Source: an uncultured Actinomycetes bacterium
GTDB taxonomy: Bacteria > Actinomycetota > Acidimicrobiia > IMCC26256 > JBBRZM01
Length of the DNA stretch: 64,000 nt
Reading direction: 5' to 3'
Assembly: GCA_963813635.1 (NCBI GenBank)
Contig: CAWEZO010000011.1
Span: 618,220-682,219 of the forward strand
Position numbers and translations under genes: made by a program. The notes under the pieces were generated by a model. That model had not been told where the DNA came from. It saw only the letters and a program-made list of their open reading frames with translations, and did no database searches. Positions 22,013 to 30,521 of this stretch are shown piece after piece; positions within the stretch are counted from its first letter, which is position 1, and each line of letters begins with the position of its first letter.

Positions 22013-23338
22013 GTGAGCGAACGCATTCTCATGGTCACGCCGTACCCGCCGCTCCGCGACGGGCTCGCGCACTACGCGGTGCAGGAGGTCAAGCGGCTCC
22101 GGGCTGCAGGCAACGACGTCGAAGTGCTCTCGCCCGAGCCGTCGGCCGCGCATTACCACCTCGACCTGCTCAGCCGGCGCGGGCCGCTGGCGCTCGCAAA
22201 GCGCGTCCGCGGCTACGACCGCGTGATCATCCAGTACCACCCGTCGATCTTCTACCGGCCACCGGTCACGCCCGCGCAGCAGGCACGCGTCGCCGCCGGG
22301 CTGCTGTTCGCGTTCCGGCGCGGTGGCAACGTGGAATTGCGCGTCCACGAGTTCGACATCGAAGGCGTCACGGGCTCGACGCCCGCCGCCGTCCTCACCC
22401 GAGCGATGTGGCGCGCGGCCCGCCGCATCACCGTGCACACCGAGTCGGAGCGTGACCAGCTCGCGCGGGCTTACGACGTGCCGCGCGACCGGATCGAGGT
22501 CGTCGAGCACGGCGCCCACTTCGAGGCCCGCACCACCGCGACCCACGCAGAAGCGAGAGCGCAGCTGCAACTACCCGACGACGCCTTCGTGTTCCTGTCG
22601 ATCGGCTTCATCCAGCCGCACAAGGGGTTCGACCGTGCAGTGCGTGCGTTCGGCGATCTCGCCGCGCGGGGCTGCCGGCTCGAGATCGTGGGATCGGTGC
22701 GCACCGACGACCACGACTACCAGGTGTACCTCGACGACCTGCGTGCGCTCGTCGAGGCGACGCCGGGCGTCACGCTGCACGAGGGCTACGTCAGCGACGA
22801 GCAGTTCGACACCTGGATCGTGGGGGCCGACACGCTGGTGCTGCCATACCGGCTCATCTGGTCATCCGGTGTCGCCGAACGCGCTCGGCTCTTCGGCCGT
22901 CCCGTGATCGCGACAAACGTCGGCGGCCTCGCACAGCAGATGCCACCGGGCACGCGACTCGTCGCCGACGACGGGGAGCTCCTGCGCGCGATGCGTGAGG
23001 CTGCCGGCCAGGAGACGCTCCCGGCTCGCGAGCTCGTTCCCTGGCCGGTCGGTGACCGCGACCGGATCCAGTCGGAGGTCCGAGTACGTGCCGCCGCGCT
23101 ACGGGCGGCGAGCCCCGAGGCCGCCGCGATCTCGAGCGTGAGCGCACCGGTGCGCCGAATACCACCGCTCGCGCTGCCCGACCCGACATCGGCGCGGCCC
23201 GGAGTCTCGACCCTCAAGCGTGCGGTCCGTCGGATGACCGCGTGGCAGTTCGATCCCGTCGTCGGCCAGGTGAACCGGCTCCGCCATGCCGTCATCGAGG
23301 CCCTCGAGGGGGACGACCCACCCGACGGCCGCCACTGA
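22013..23338 (+). CDS. GT4 family glycosyltransferase with C-terminal amphipathic extension
   Basis: GFIQPHKG, LPYR...SSGV, PVIATNVGGL; tail LKRAVRRMTAWQFDPVVGQVN. Confidence 0.85.
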   Translation: MSERILMVTPYPPLRDGLAHYAVQEVKRLRAAGNDVEVLSPEPSAAHYHLDLLSRRGPLALAKRVRGYDRVIIQYHPSIFYRPPVTPAQQARVAAGLLFAFRRGGNVELRVHEFDIEGVTGSTPAAVLTRAMWRAARRITVHTESERDQLARAYDVPRDRIEVVEHGAHFEARTTATHAEARAQLQLPDDAFVFLSIGFIQPHKGFDRAVRAFGDLAARGCRLEIVGSVRTDDHDYQVYLDDLRALVEATPGVTLHEGYVSDEQFDTWIVGADTLVLPYRLIWSSGVAERARLFGRPVIATNVGGLAQQMPPGTRLVADDGELLRAMREAAGQETLPARELVPWPVGDRDRIQSEVRVRAAALRAASPEAAAISSVSAPVRRIPPLALPDPTSARPGVSTLKRAVRRMTAWQFDPVVGQVNRLRHAVIEALEGDDPPDGRH

Positions 23339-23344
23339 GCGCGT

Positions 23345-23370
23345 TCAAGTCACCGTCCCTGACCGCCGAC
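23345..23370 (+). promoter_or_regulatory. Possible FliA/WhiG (sigma-28)-type promoter
   Basis: TCAA-N16-GCCGAC ending 38 nt upstream of the ATG at 23409. Confidence 0.35.
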
Positions 23371-23408
23371 ATCTGTAAGACAAGTTCTCGGCGGAAAGCG
23401 ACAACACC

Positions 23409-26165
23409 ATGTCCGGATATTTGGGACTGCGCGCTCGAAAGCCCTCATTTCGCCGCTTTGCCGCACTCATCACCGTGTTGCTGGTTGGTGGCCTGCTGAC
23501 GACGGGCGCGGCGCATACCCGTGCCGGCGCGGCAACGACCCCGCCGACCACCACCCCGCCGGCGACGACGCCGCCGGTCCCCACGACGGCGACGCTTGCT
23601 CCACCGGCCTCACCCTCGACCACTTCGCCGGCACCGACAACGGCGCCGCCGGCCTCGACGACCACGCCGATTCCACAAAAGGTGCAGGCGCAAGTGACCG
23701 CCCAGGGTCAGATGTCGCTGCATCAGGTCGGGCCGTTCCATTCGGGCGTGTATCAATTCGTCTACAAAGACATCACGCACGAGGCGTTCTCCGGAGTCGC
23801 CGCCGGCGACGTGATGGGCAACGGCGGGATCCAGTTCGTCTCCGGTTCCATCGACGGTTACGTGCGCGTCTACAACACCTCGGGAACGGTTGTGCAGTGG
23901 TTCCGCACCGGTGCCGGCCCGGTGTACGCGACGCCCACGCTCTACGACCTCAACGGTGACGGCCGCCTCGACATCATCACCGCGAACGCAGGCACCGGTT
24001 GGGTGATCGCGTACGACGGCCCGAGCGGAGGCCAGCTGTTCTCCCAGCTCACCCCGCCCCTCAATGCCGACAGAGGTGTGTTCGCGACACCGGTCGTGGG
24101 CGACATCGACGGTGACGGCCAGCCGGAGATCGTCGTGGCGAGCTGGAACACCCACATCTACGCGTGGCACGCCAACGGGCAACTCGTCGCCGGCTTCCCC
24201 GTCTTCCTCTTCGACACCTTGTGGTCGACCCCTGCGCTCGCCGACCTCGATGGTGATGGTCGCAAGGAGATCGTGTTCGGCGGCGACACCAGCGAGTACC
24301 CCAACTCGCCGTACTACTTCAACGGCGGTCTGGTGTGGGCGATCCGCTCCAACGGCCAGGTGCAGCCGGGTTACCCCATCCAGCTGCCGGGCCAGACGAT
24401 CTGGTCGAGCCCGGCGGTCGCCGACATCAACGGCGACGGCTCGCCCGACATCGTCGTGGGCACCGGCCTCAACTGGCCCGGCCCAGCGGGCAGCGTGGTC
24501 TACGCCTTCGACCGCTGGGGCCACACTCTGCCGGGATGGCCGGTGGGCACCTCGGGGCGGGTGATGGCGTCTCCTGCGGTCGGCAACCTTTTCGGCGACA
24601 GCCAGCACCTCGAGGTCGCGGTCATGGACGAGAAGGGGTGGATCCACGTCTACAACAGCGCGGGCACCCAACTGTGGTGGGCGTGTAATCGGGACGACAT
24701 GAACAACGGCTGCGCGACGGATGGCCCGCACGGTGCGGTCTCGATCGCCGACGTGAACAACGACGGCCAGCAGGACGTCGTCGGCATGGCCGAGCATTGG
24801 ATGCGCGTGTTCAACGGCTTCAGCGGCGCGCTCGAGGCGAGTGTTGTGAGCGACGCCAGCACGTGGGCGCCGCCGTCGGCGCCGACGATCGTGTCGGTCA
24901 ACAACAGGACCTGGATCGTGCAGGCCGCGAACCACGGCAACCTCAACTGGGCCGTCCAGCCGCTGCTCGAGCAGAACTTGTGGATCTGGAGCACCGATAC
25001 GCCGCTCGGGGCGGCCGACTGGCCGACGTTCCACCAGAACATGAGCCGCTCCGGCACGATGCTCGACTCCACGAAGCCGACGGCCTCCGTCAACGCGTTC
25101 GTGTCGAGCCAGGCAAGCACCCGGTTCACGGTGGCGTGGTCCGGCAACGATGCCGGCACCGGCGTGGCCCGCTTCGAGGTCGATTCCAAGTCGACCGGGC
25201 TGAGCTGGGCGCGCTTCAAGAGTGTCAGTCCGGCGTCCCGGTCCGGCGGCGATGCCAGCGGGAGCGCATCGTTCTACGGTGTGGCCGGCGTGTCGTACCA
25301 GTTCCGTGTGCGGGCGATTGACCGGGCCGGCAATGTCGGCGCGTGGTCGGCGATGCGCTCGACCGCCGTCGCGGTCGGCGCGACGCAGGCACACCCCGGC
25401 TTCTCGCAGATGTACGCGGTCACCTCGCAGGGCTTCATGTCGTGGGGGCAGAGCGCGCCGCAGCAGGGACCCAACTGGGGCTGGCCCATCGCACGCGGGA
25501 TCGTGGCGCGTTCGGCGGGCGGCGGCTACGTGCTCGACGGTTGGGGCGGTGTGCACGCCTTCGGCGGTGCGCCGGCACTTCCGTATAACGCCTACTGGGT
25601 CGGCTGGGACATCGCGCGCGGCATTGCGCTCAACCCCGACGGCAAGGGCGGCTACGTCCTCGACGGGTTCGGTGGTTTGCACCGGTTCGGCAACGCAGCG
25701 TCCGTCAACGCGTCCGCGTACTGGCCGGGCTCGGATATCGCACGCGGTGTTGTGCTCGCACCCAACTCGACCGCGACGCATCCGCGCGGCTACACGCTCG
25801 ACGGGTTCGGCGGCATCCATCGATTCGGCGAGGCGGCCCCGGCCACGGGTGGTGCCTTCTGGTACGGGTGGGACATCGCCCGGGCGATCGTGATGGACCC
25901 CGATGGGCATGGCGGCTACGTGCTCGACGGTTTCGGTGGGCTCCACTCGTTCAACGGCGCGCCGGCCGCTACCAAGGGCACCGCGTACTGGTCCGGGTGG
26001 GACATCGCCCGCTCCGTGGCGATGATCAAGGACGGCGGCGCGGTGACCAAGGGCTACGTGCTCGACGGCTTCGGCGGCGTGCACACGTTCGGCGGCGCAC
26101 CCGCGGTCTCGATGACGCCCTACTGGGGAGCGGATTTCACCCACGGCCTCGCCATCTCGACGTAG
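23409..26165 (+). CDS. Secreted FG-GAP/VCBS repeat protein with Pro/Thr linker, FnIII-like domain and six C-terminal Trp-rich repeats
   Basis: Signal peptide; about seven DxDGDG-type loops (DLNGDGRLD, DIDGDGQPE, DLDGDGRKE, DINGDGSPD, DVNNDGQQD); YQFRVRAIDRAGN; GGYVLDG repeats. Confidence 0.85.
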   Translation: MSGYLGLRARKPSFRRFAALITVLLVGGLLTTGAAHTRAGAATTPPTTTPPATTPPVPTTATLAPPASPSTTSPAPTTAPPASTTTPIPQKVQAQVTAQGQMSLHQVGPFHSGVYQFVYKDITHEAFSGVAAGDVMGNGGIQFVSGSIDGYVRVYNTSGTVVQWFRTGAGPVYATPTLYDLNGDGRLDIITANAGTGWVIAYDGPSGGQLFSQLTPPLNADRGVFATPVVGDIDGDGQPEIVVASWNTHIYAWHANGQLVAGFPVFLFDTLWSTPALADLDGDGRKEIVFGGDTSEYPNSPYYFNGGLVWAIRSNGQVQPGYPIQLPGQTIWSSPAVADINGDGSPDIVVGTGLNWPGPAGSVVYAFDRWGHTLPGWPVGTSGRVMASPAVGNLFGDSQHLEVAVMDEKGWIHVYNSAGTQLWWACNRDDMNNGCATDGPHGAVSIADVNNDGQQDVVGMAEHWMRVFNGFSGALEASVVSDASTWAPPSAPTIVSVNNRTWIVQAANHGNLNWAVQPLLEQNLWIWSTDTPLGAADWPTFHQNMSRSGTMLDSTKPTASVNAFVSSQASTRFTVAWSGNDAGTGVARFEVDSKSTGLSWARFKSVSPASRSGGDASGSASFYGVAGVSYQFRVRAIDRAGNVGAWSAMRSTAVAVGATQAHPGFSQMYAVTSQGFMSWGQSAPQQGPNWGWPIARGIVARSAGGGYVLDGWGGVHAFGGAPALPYNAYWVGWDIARGIALNPDGKGGYVLDGFGGLHRFGNAASVNASAYWPGSDIARGVVLAPNSTATHPRGYTLDGFGGIHRFGEAAPATGGAFWYGWDIARAIVMDPDGHGGYVLDGFGGLHSFNGAPAATKGTAYWSGWDIARSVAMIKDGGAVTKGYVLDGFGGVHTFGGAPAVSMTPYWGADFTHGLAIST
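25408..26162 (+). repeat. Six ~42-46-codon Trp-rich coding repeats
   Basis: Same consensus as 16770-17506. Confidence 0.9.
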
Positions 26166-26249
26166 GGCCGCCCGCGACACCATTCGCGCAGAGGGTGCCG
26201 TCTACACTCGAACCGTCGTGCTCGCCATCTTGCGGTCGCTGACCAACCT

Positions 26250-27161
26250 GTGACTCTTGCCGCTGAATCCGCTGGTGCTCCTGACCCCAAACTGGTCGCG
26301 ATCTCCGACCGCCCGGGGGCGATCCGGCGCGCCGTGCAGGTGTGGGACTACCGCGAGCTCCTCGGCAACCTGGTTCGCAAGGAGCTGAAGGTCAAGTACA
26401 AGAACAGCATCGCTCGGGTTCGTCTGGTCGCTGTTGAACCCGGCCTTGTACCTCGTCGTCTTCTACATCGTCTTCCAGTTCATCCTCGGCTCGTCGATCG
26501 CGTACTTCCCGATCTTCCTGCTGTGCGGGCTGCTCCCGTGGAACTTCTTCTCGGCGGCCGTGTCGGCGGGGTGCACCGGCGATCGTCGGCAACGCGTCGC
26601 TCGTGGTCAAGGTCTGGTTCCCCCGCGAGATCCTGCCGCTCGCGTCGATCGGCGCGGCGCTCGTCCACTTCGTGCCTCCAGTCCGCCGTGCTGATTGCCG
26701 CGTTGCTGCTGTTTCGCTGGATGCCGGCGTGGGAGTACCTCCCGCTCTTGATCCCCGCGCTCCTCACGATGCTCGATCTTCGTCGTCACGCTGGCGATCT
26801 TCCTCTCGGCGGTCAACGTCTACGCTCCGTGACACGCAGCACCTGCTCGAGCTGGCGCTGCTCGCGTGGTTCTGGATGACGCCGATCGTGTATCCGTACC
26901 AGCTGGTCGCCAACAAGATGGGCGCCTACGCGAGCCTCTACCTGCTCAACCCCATGACATCGGTGGTCATCACGTTCCAGCGCGCGCTGTACAACCGGAC
27001 CGAGACCATCCGCGCAAACCGCCGACGCCGATCCTGCCCAACGAGTCGCCGCTCTGGTATCTGCGCAACCTCTGCTGGTGATCGTTGCGTCGTCGGTGCT
27101 GCTGTGGGTCGCGCTCTGGATCTTCGGCCGCCTCGAGGACAACTTCGCCGAGGAGATCTGA
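26250..27161 (+). CDS. wzm: Polysaccharide ABC transporter permease (several frameshifts)
   Basis: YRELLGNLVRKELKVKYKNS, WSLLNP, KVWFPRE, FWMTPIVY, LNPM, FAEEI spread across frames. Confidence 0.85.
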
Positions 27162-27163
27162 GC

Positions 27164-28360
27164 GTGGGCGCGGTGATCGAGGTCGACGAGGTCAGCAAGC
27201 ATTTCAAGCTCTACCGCGACAAGCGCCACATCGCTCAAGGAGCGTGTGATCCGATTCGGGCGGATGCCGCACGAAGAGTTCTGGGCGCTCCGCGACATCA
27301 CGCTGCACGTCGACCAGGGCGAGACGGTCGGTCTGCTCGGGCACAACGGTTCGGGCAAGTCGACGCTGCTCAAGTGCATCGCCGGGATCCTCCGACCGAC
27401 GAGCGGCACGATCCGCGAAGCGTCGGGCGTATCGCCGCCCTGCTCGAGCTCGGGTCCGGGTTCCACCCCGAGCTCACCGGCCGCGAGAACGTCTTCCTGA
27501 ACGGATCGATCCTCGGGCTCTCACGAGCGAGATCGACGCGGATCTTCGACGAGATCGTCGCGTTCGCCGAGATCGAGCAGTTCATCGACAACCAGGTGAA
27601 GCACTACTCGTCGGGCATGTACGCCCGGCTTGCGCTTCGCGGTCGCGGTCAACGTCGAGCCCGAGATCCTCCTCATCGACGAGGTGCTCGCGGTCGGCGA
27701 CGAGGCCTTCCAGCGCAAGTGCCTCGAGCGGATCCGAAGCGGTTCCAGCGCGAAGGGCGGACGATCCTGCTCGTGACCCACGCGGCCGACCTCGTGCGCC
27801 AGATCTGCGATCGGGCCGCGGTGCTCGACCACGGCGACATGGTCATGGTCGGGGAGCCGGCCGACGCCGTGCTTGCATTCCGCGACACGCTGCTCAAGCG
27901 GGGCATCGAGATTCCGGAAGAGGCGCGAGGGCCGGCTTGGCGCAACACGCTCGCCGTACGGATCACGGGCGCGGACATCGACTATCCCGACCCGGAGCGC
28001 GAGCATCTGCTGCCGAGTGAGCGGTTGCGCATCCGTATGCAGTTCGAGGCGCCCGAACCGCTCGACGACGTGGTGTTCGCGCTCAACATTCACGACCAGG
28101 ACGGCAATCTCATGGTGGGCACCAACACCGATGTCCTCGGTGCCGACCTCGAGACTGTTGCCGGCTCCGGCGAGGTCGTGTTCGATCTCGGACGCGTGCC
28201 GCTGCTCGACGGGATCTACGACGTCGCGTTCGGTGTGCACGACAAGTCGGGTGGCATCGAATACGACCATCGCGAGGGTGACGACCGCTTCCAGGTGCTC
28301 AACCCGACGCGCACCGTCGGACGAGTCGATTTCGCGCCGCAGGCGGAAGTGCACCTGGAC
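27164..28360 (+). CDS. wzt: Polysaccharide ABC transporter ATPase with Wzt C-terminal carbohydrate-binding domain (several frameshifts; no stop before the repeat domain)
   Basis: [39 protein letters not shown]; C-terminal GTNT...LLDGIYDV. Confidence 0.85.
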
Positions 28361-29053
28361 CGGGCACGCGCCGTGGTTCAGCCGCGCGCGGGGCTGACCG
28401 AGCGACGCATCCGGGCGCGCGTGCGCCAACGCGCGACGGGCAAGGTCATGGCGCACGGCGGCGCCCCTGACTACGGCTCGCCGTCGTTCTCCTTCGACAT
28501 CGCGCGCGACATCGCCGTCATGCCCGACGGCCAGGGCTATGCGGTGCTCGACGGCTGGGGTGGTGTGCACCTGTTCGGGAGCGCGTTCTACAAGCTCGCG
28601 AACCTGCCGATCGCCTACTGGCCGGGATGGGACATCGCCAACAGCATTGCGATCTCGCCATCCGGCAGGGGATTCGCCGTGCTCGACGGCTGGGGCACCG
28701 TGCACGCGGGGGCGACGCGCCTGCCATCACGCCCGCGTACTGGCAGGGATGGGACATCGCCCGCTCGCTCGCGATCAGCCCCGACGGCAAGGGTGTCTAG
28801 GTGCTCGACGGGTGGGGCGGTGTGCACACCGGTGGCTCGGCCGTCGGCCGCGGCTCGAGCGGCTACTGGCGGGGATGGGACATCGCGCGCGACCCGATCG
28901 TCACGCCGTCCAACGGCGGGTACGCCGTGCTCGACGGTTTGGGTGGCATCCACCGAAAGGGCGACGCGCCGGCGCCTTCGGTGTCGGCCTGGGGCCAGGC
29001 CATCGACCAGTGGTCGGCGTTGTCGTGGCGCGGCACCAGTCATTACCGGGTGA
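28361..29053 (+). CDS. Trp-rich repeat domain (about five repeats), currently in frame with Wzt; internal frameshift and TAG; 3' end uncertain
   Basis: FDIARDIAVMPDGQGYAVLDGWGGVH, YWPGWDIA, YWQGWDIAR, YWRGWDIAR; TAG at 28798-28800. Confidence 0.6.
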   Translation, partial: RARAVVQPRAGLTERRIRARVRQRATGKVMAHGGAPDYGSPSFSFDIARDIAVMPDGQGYAVLDGWGGVHLFGSAFYKLANLPIAYWPGWDIANSIAISPSGRGFAVLDGWGTVHAGATRLPSRPRTGRDGTSPARSRSAPTARVSRCSTGGAVCTPVARPSAAARAATGGDGTSRATRSSRRPTAGTPCSTVWVASTERATRRRLRCRPGARPSTSGRRCRGAAPVITG

Positions 29054-29094
29054 CAAGTCTGTACGCGCGTTCCGCGCTCTCGGAGGCGCGAGGC

Positions 29095-30429
29095 TCAGAT
29101 CTCGAGCGGCTCGTGCTCGATCTGCTCGACCAGCAGATCGAGGCTGTCGGGCCGGATGCGTCGCATCTGATCCATGAGCAACGCCCCCATCGCGATCGCT
29201 GCGAGCGACGAGCCGATGAGATAGCCGAGCTCGACCCGGAAGAACAGCGCGCTGCCGAGCGCGGTGACCACGACGAAGCCCGCGAGCCCGATCACCCACG
29301 CGACAACTGCTCGGGCGTGGCCGAGCAACGCGATCAATGCCTGCGCGAGCGTCAGCGCCAGGATGAACGCGCCACTACCGGCCGCGAGCAGCGCAAGATC
29401 CCCGCTGCTGAGGTTGAACTTGTCGCCGAAGAGCAAGTGTCCGGCCCACGGCCCGAGGGTGTAACCGGCCACGACGCCGATGACGCCGATGGCGGAGACG
29501 ATGAGCACCAGCTTCGCGAGTGCCCGCGCGAAGTCTTCTCGGCGCCCTGAGCCTGCGAGCCCGGCGAGCTTGGGCAGCAGCGCGGCCTGCACCGCCTGGA
29601 ACAGCAGGATCGGGATGCGGGCGAGGAAGAACCCGATGATGAAGTCGCCCGCTCTCTGACGCTCGCCAGGGGTTGTTGCAAGCAACACGACGCCGAGGGC
29701 CGCGGCGTAGCTCAGCGCCTGGGCGAGCACGGAGCCGGTCAGGAGAAAGCCGAGCCGGGTCGACATCTCCGACCATGGCGCGTCGGGCCCTGGCGTGAGC
29801 AGGCCGTGTTGCCCCCGCAACGCGACCAGCGCCGCGAGCGCGGGCGGTATCGCGAGACAGAGGCCGTAATACACCGGCTGGTCGACACCGGCGGCATAGA
29901 GCACGAGGCACGGCACCAGCCGGATGATGCCTTCGGCGGCGAGGATCATTCCGTAGGGACCGAAGCGGCCGTTGCCCGCGAGCGTGCCGCGGGTGATCAT
30001 CTGAAAGCCGTAGCAGACAAGCGCGATGACGAAGCACCAGAGCAACGCCGTGCGACCGTGGAAGAGAGAATGGATGATCGGTTGGCTGGCGATGAACGTG
30101 AGGATGATGAGTGCGATCGCAAGCAAGCCGCCCATGAGGGCAGCGCGTTTCACGAGGGGCCCGCCGCCCACACCGCGGGCACGCCGGTCGGCGAGGGCGC
30201 GTCCGACCTCTTGTTCGAGGGGCAGGAAGAATCCGGGCGCAATGATGAACACGACGACCCACAGGCCGCCCAGCGCCGCGTACGCCGACTTGTCGAGTGC
30301 GAGGAACGACAGGATCTGGAAGCCGTAGGTCGCGACCCCGGAGATGAGCAGCCCGGCGCCGACGGCGTAGGTGCCCTCGGGCAGCGGCTTCTTTGCGGCC
30401 TCGATGAACCGCTGCGCGCGTTGCGACAT
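29095..30429 (-). CDS. Polysaccharide biosynthesis membrane protein, Wzx/MOP flippase-like
   Basis: About 12 TM helices; PLEQEV and ARIPILLFQAVQAALLP; paralog at 54677. Confidence 0.7.
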   Translation of the reverse strand: MSQRAQRFIEAAKKPLPEGTYAVGAGLLISGVATYGFQILSFLALDKSAYAALGGLWVVVFIIAPGFFLPLEQEVGRALADRRARGVGGGPLVKRAALMGGLLAIALIILTFIASQPIIHSLFHGRTALLWCFVIALVCYGFQMITRGTLAGNGRFGPYGMILAAEGIIRLVPCLVLYAAGVDQPVYYGLCLAIPPALAALVALRGQHGLLTPGPDAPWSEMSTRLGFLLTGSVLAQALSYAAALGVVLLATTPGERQRAGDFIIGFFLARIPILLFQAVQAALLPKLAGLAGSGRREDFARALAKLVLIVSAIGVIGVVAGYTLGPWAGHLLFGDKFNLSSGDLALLAAGSGAFILALTLAQALIALLGHARAVVAWVIGLAGFVVVTALGSALFFRVELGYLIGSSLAAIAMGALLMDQMRRIRPDSLDLLVEQIEHEPLEI

Positions 30430-30521
30430 GGGATCGGCAGGTCTCCGGACGGCGGCGGCCCAGGGGTGGGCATCCGACGTCTCTCAAGCTTACGGCGGCG
30501 GCCACGCGCCTCAGGAACAGC

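Noticed and set aside
28798-28800. In-frame TAG at a position that is Tyr, Trp or Ala in sister repeats (possible stop-codon recoding)
   Set aside because: TAG is an ordinary terminator for hddA, gmhA, tal and the FG-GAP gene; a single error or mutation is simpler
16770-28960. Regularly spaced DNA repeats (tgggacatcgc, gtgctcgacgg) as a CRISPR array
   Set aside because: They vary at synonymous positions, have ~125-bp coding periodicity within ORFs, and no cas genes are present
30449-30504. Direct repeat acggcggcggcc twice in an intergenic gap
   Set aside because: Low-complexity GC sequence, plausible by chance; no element between the copies
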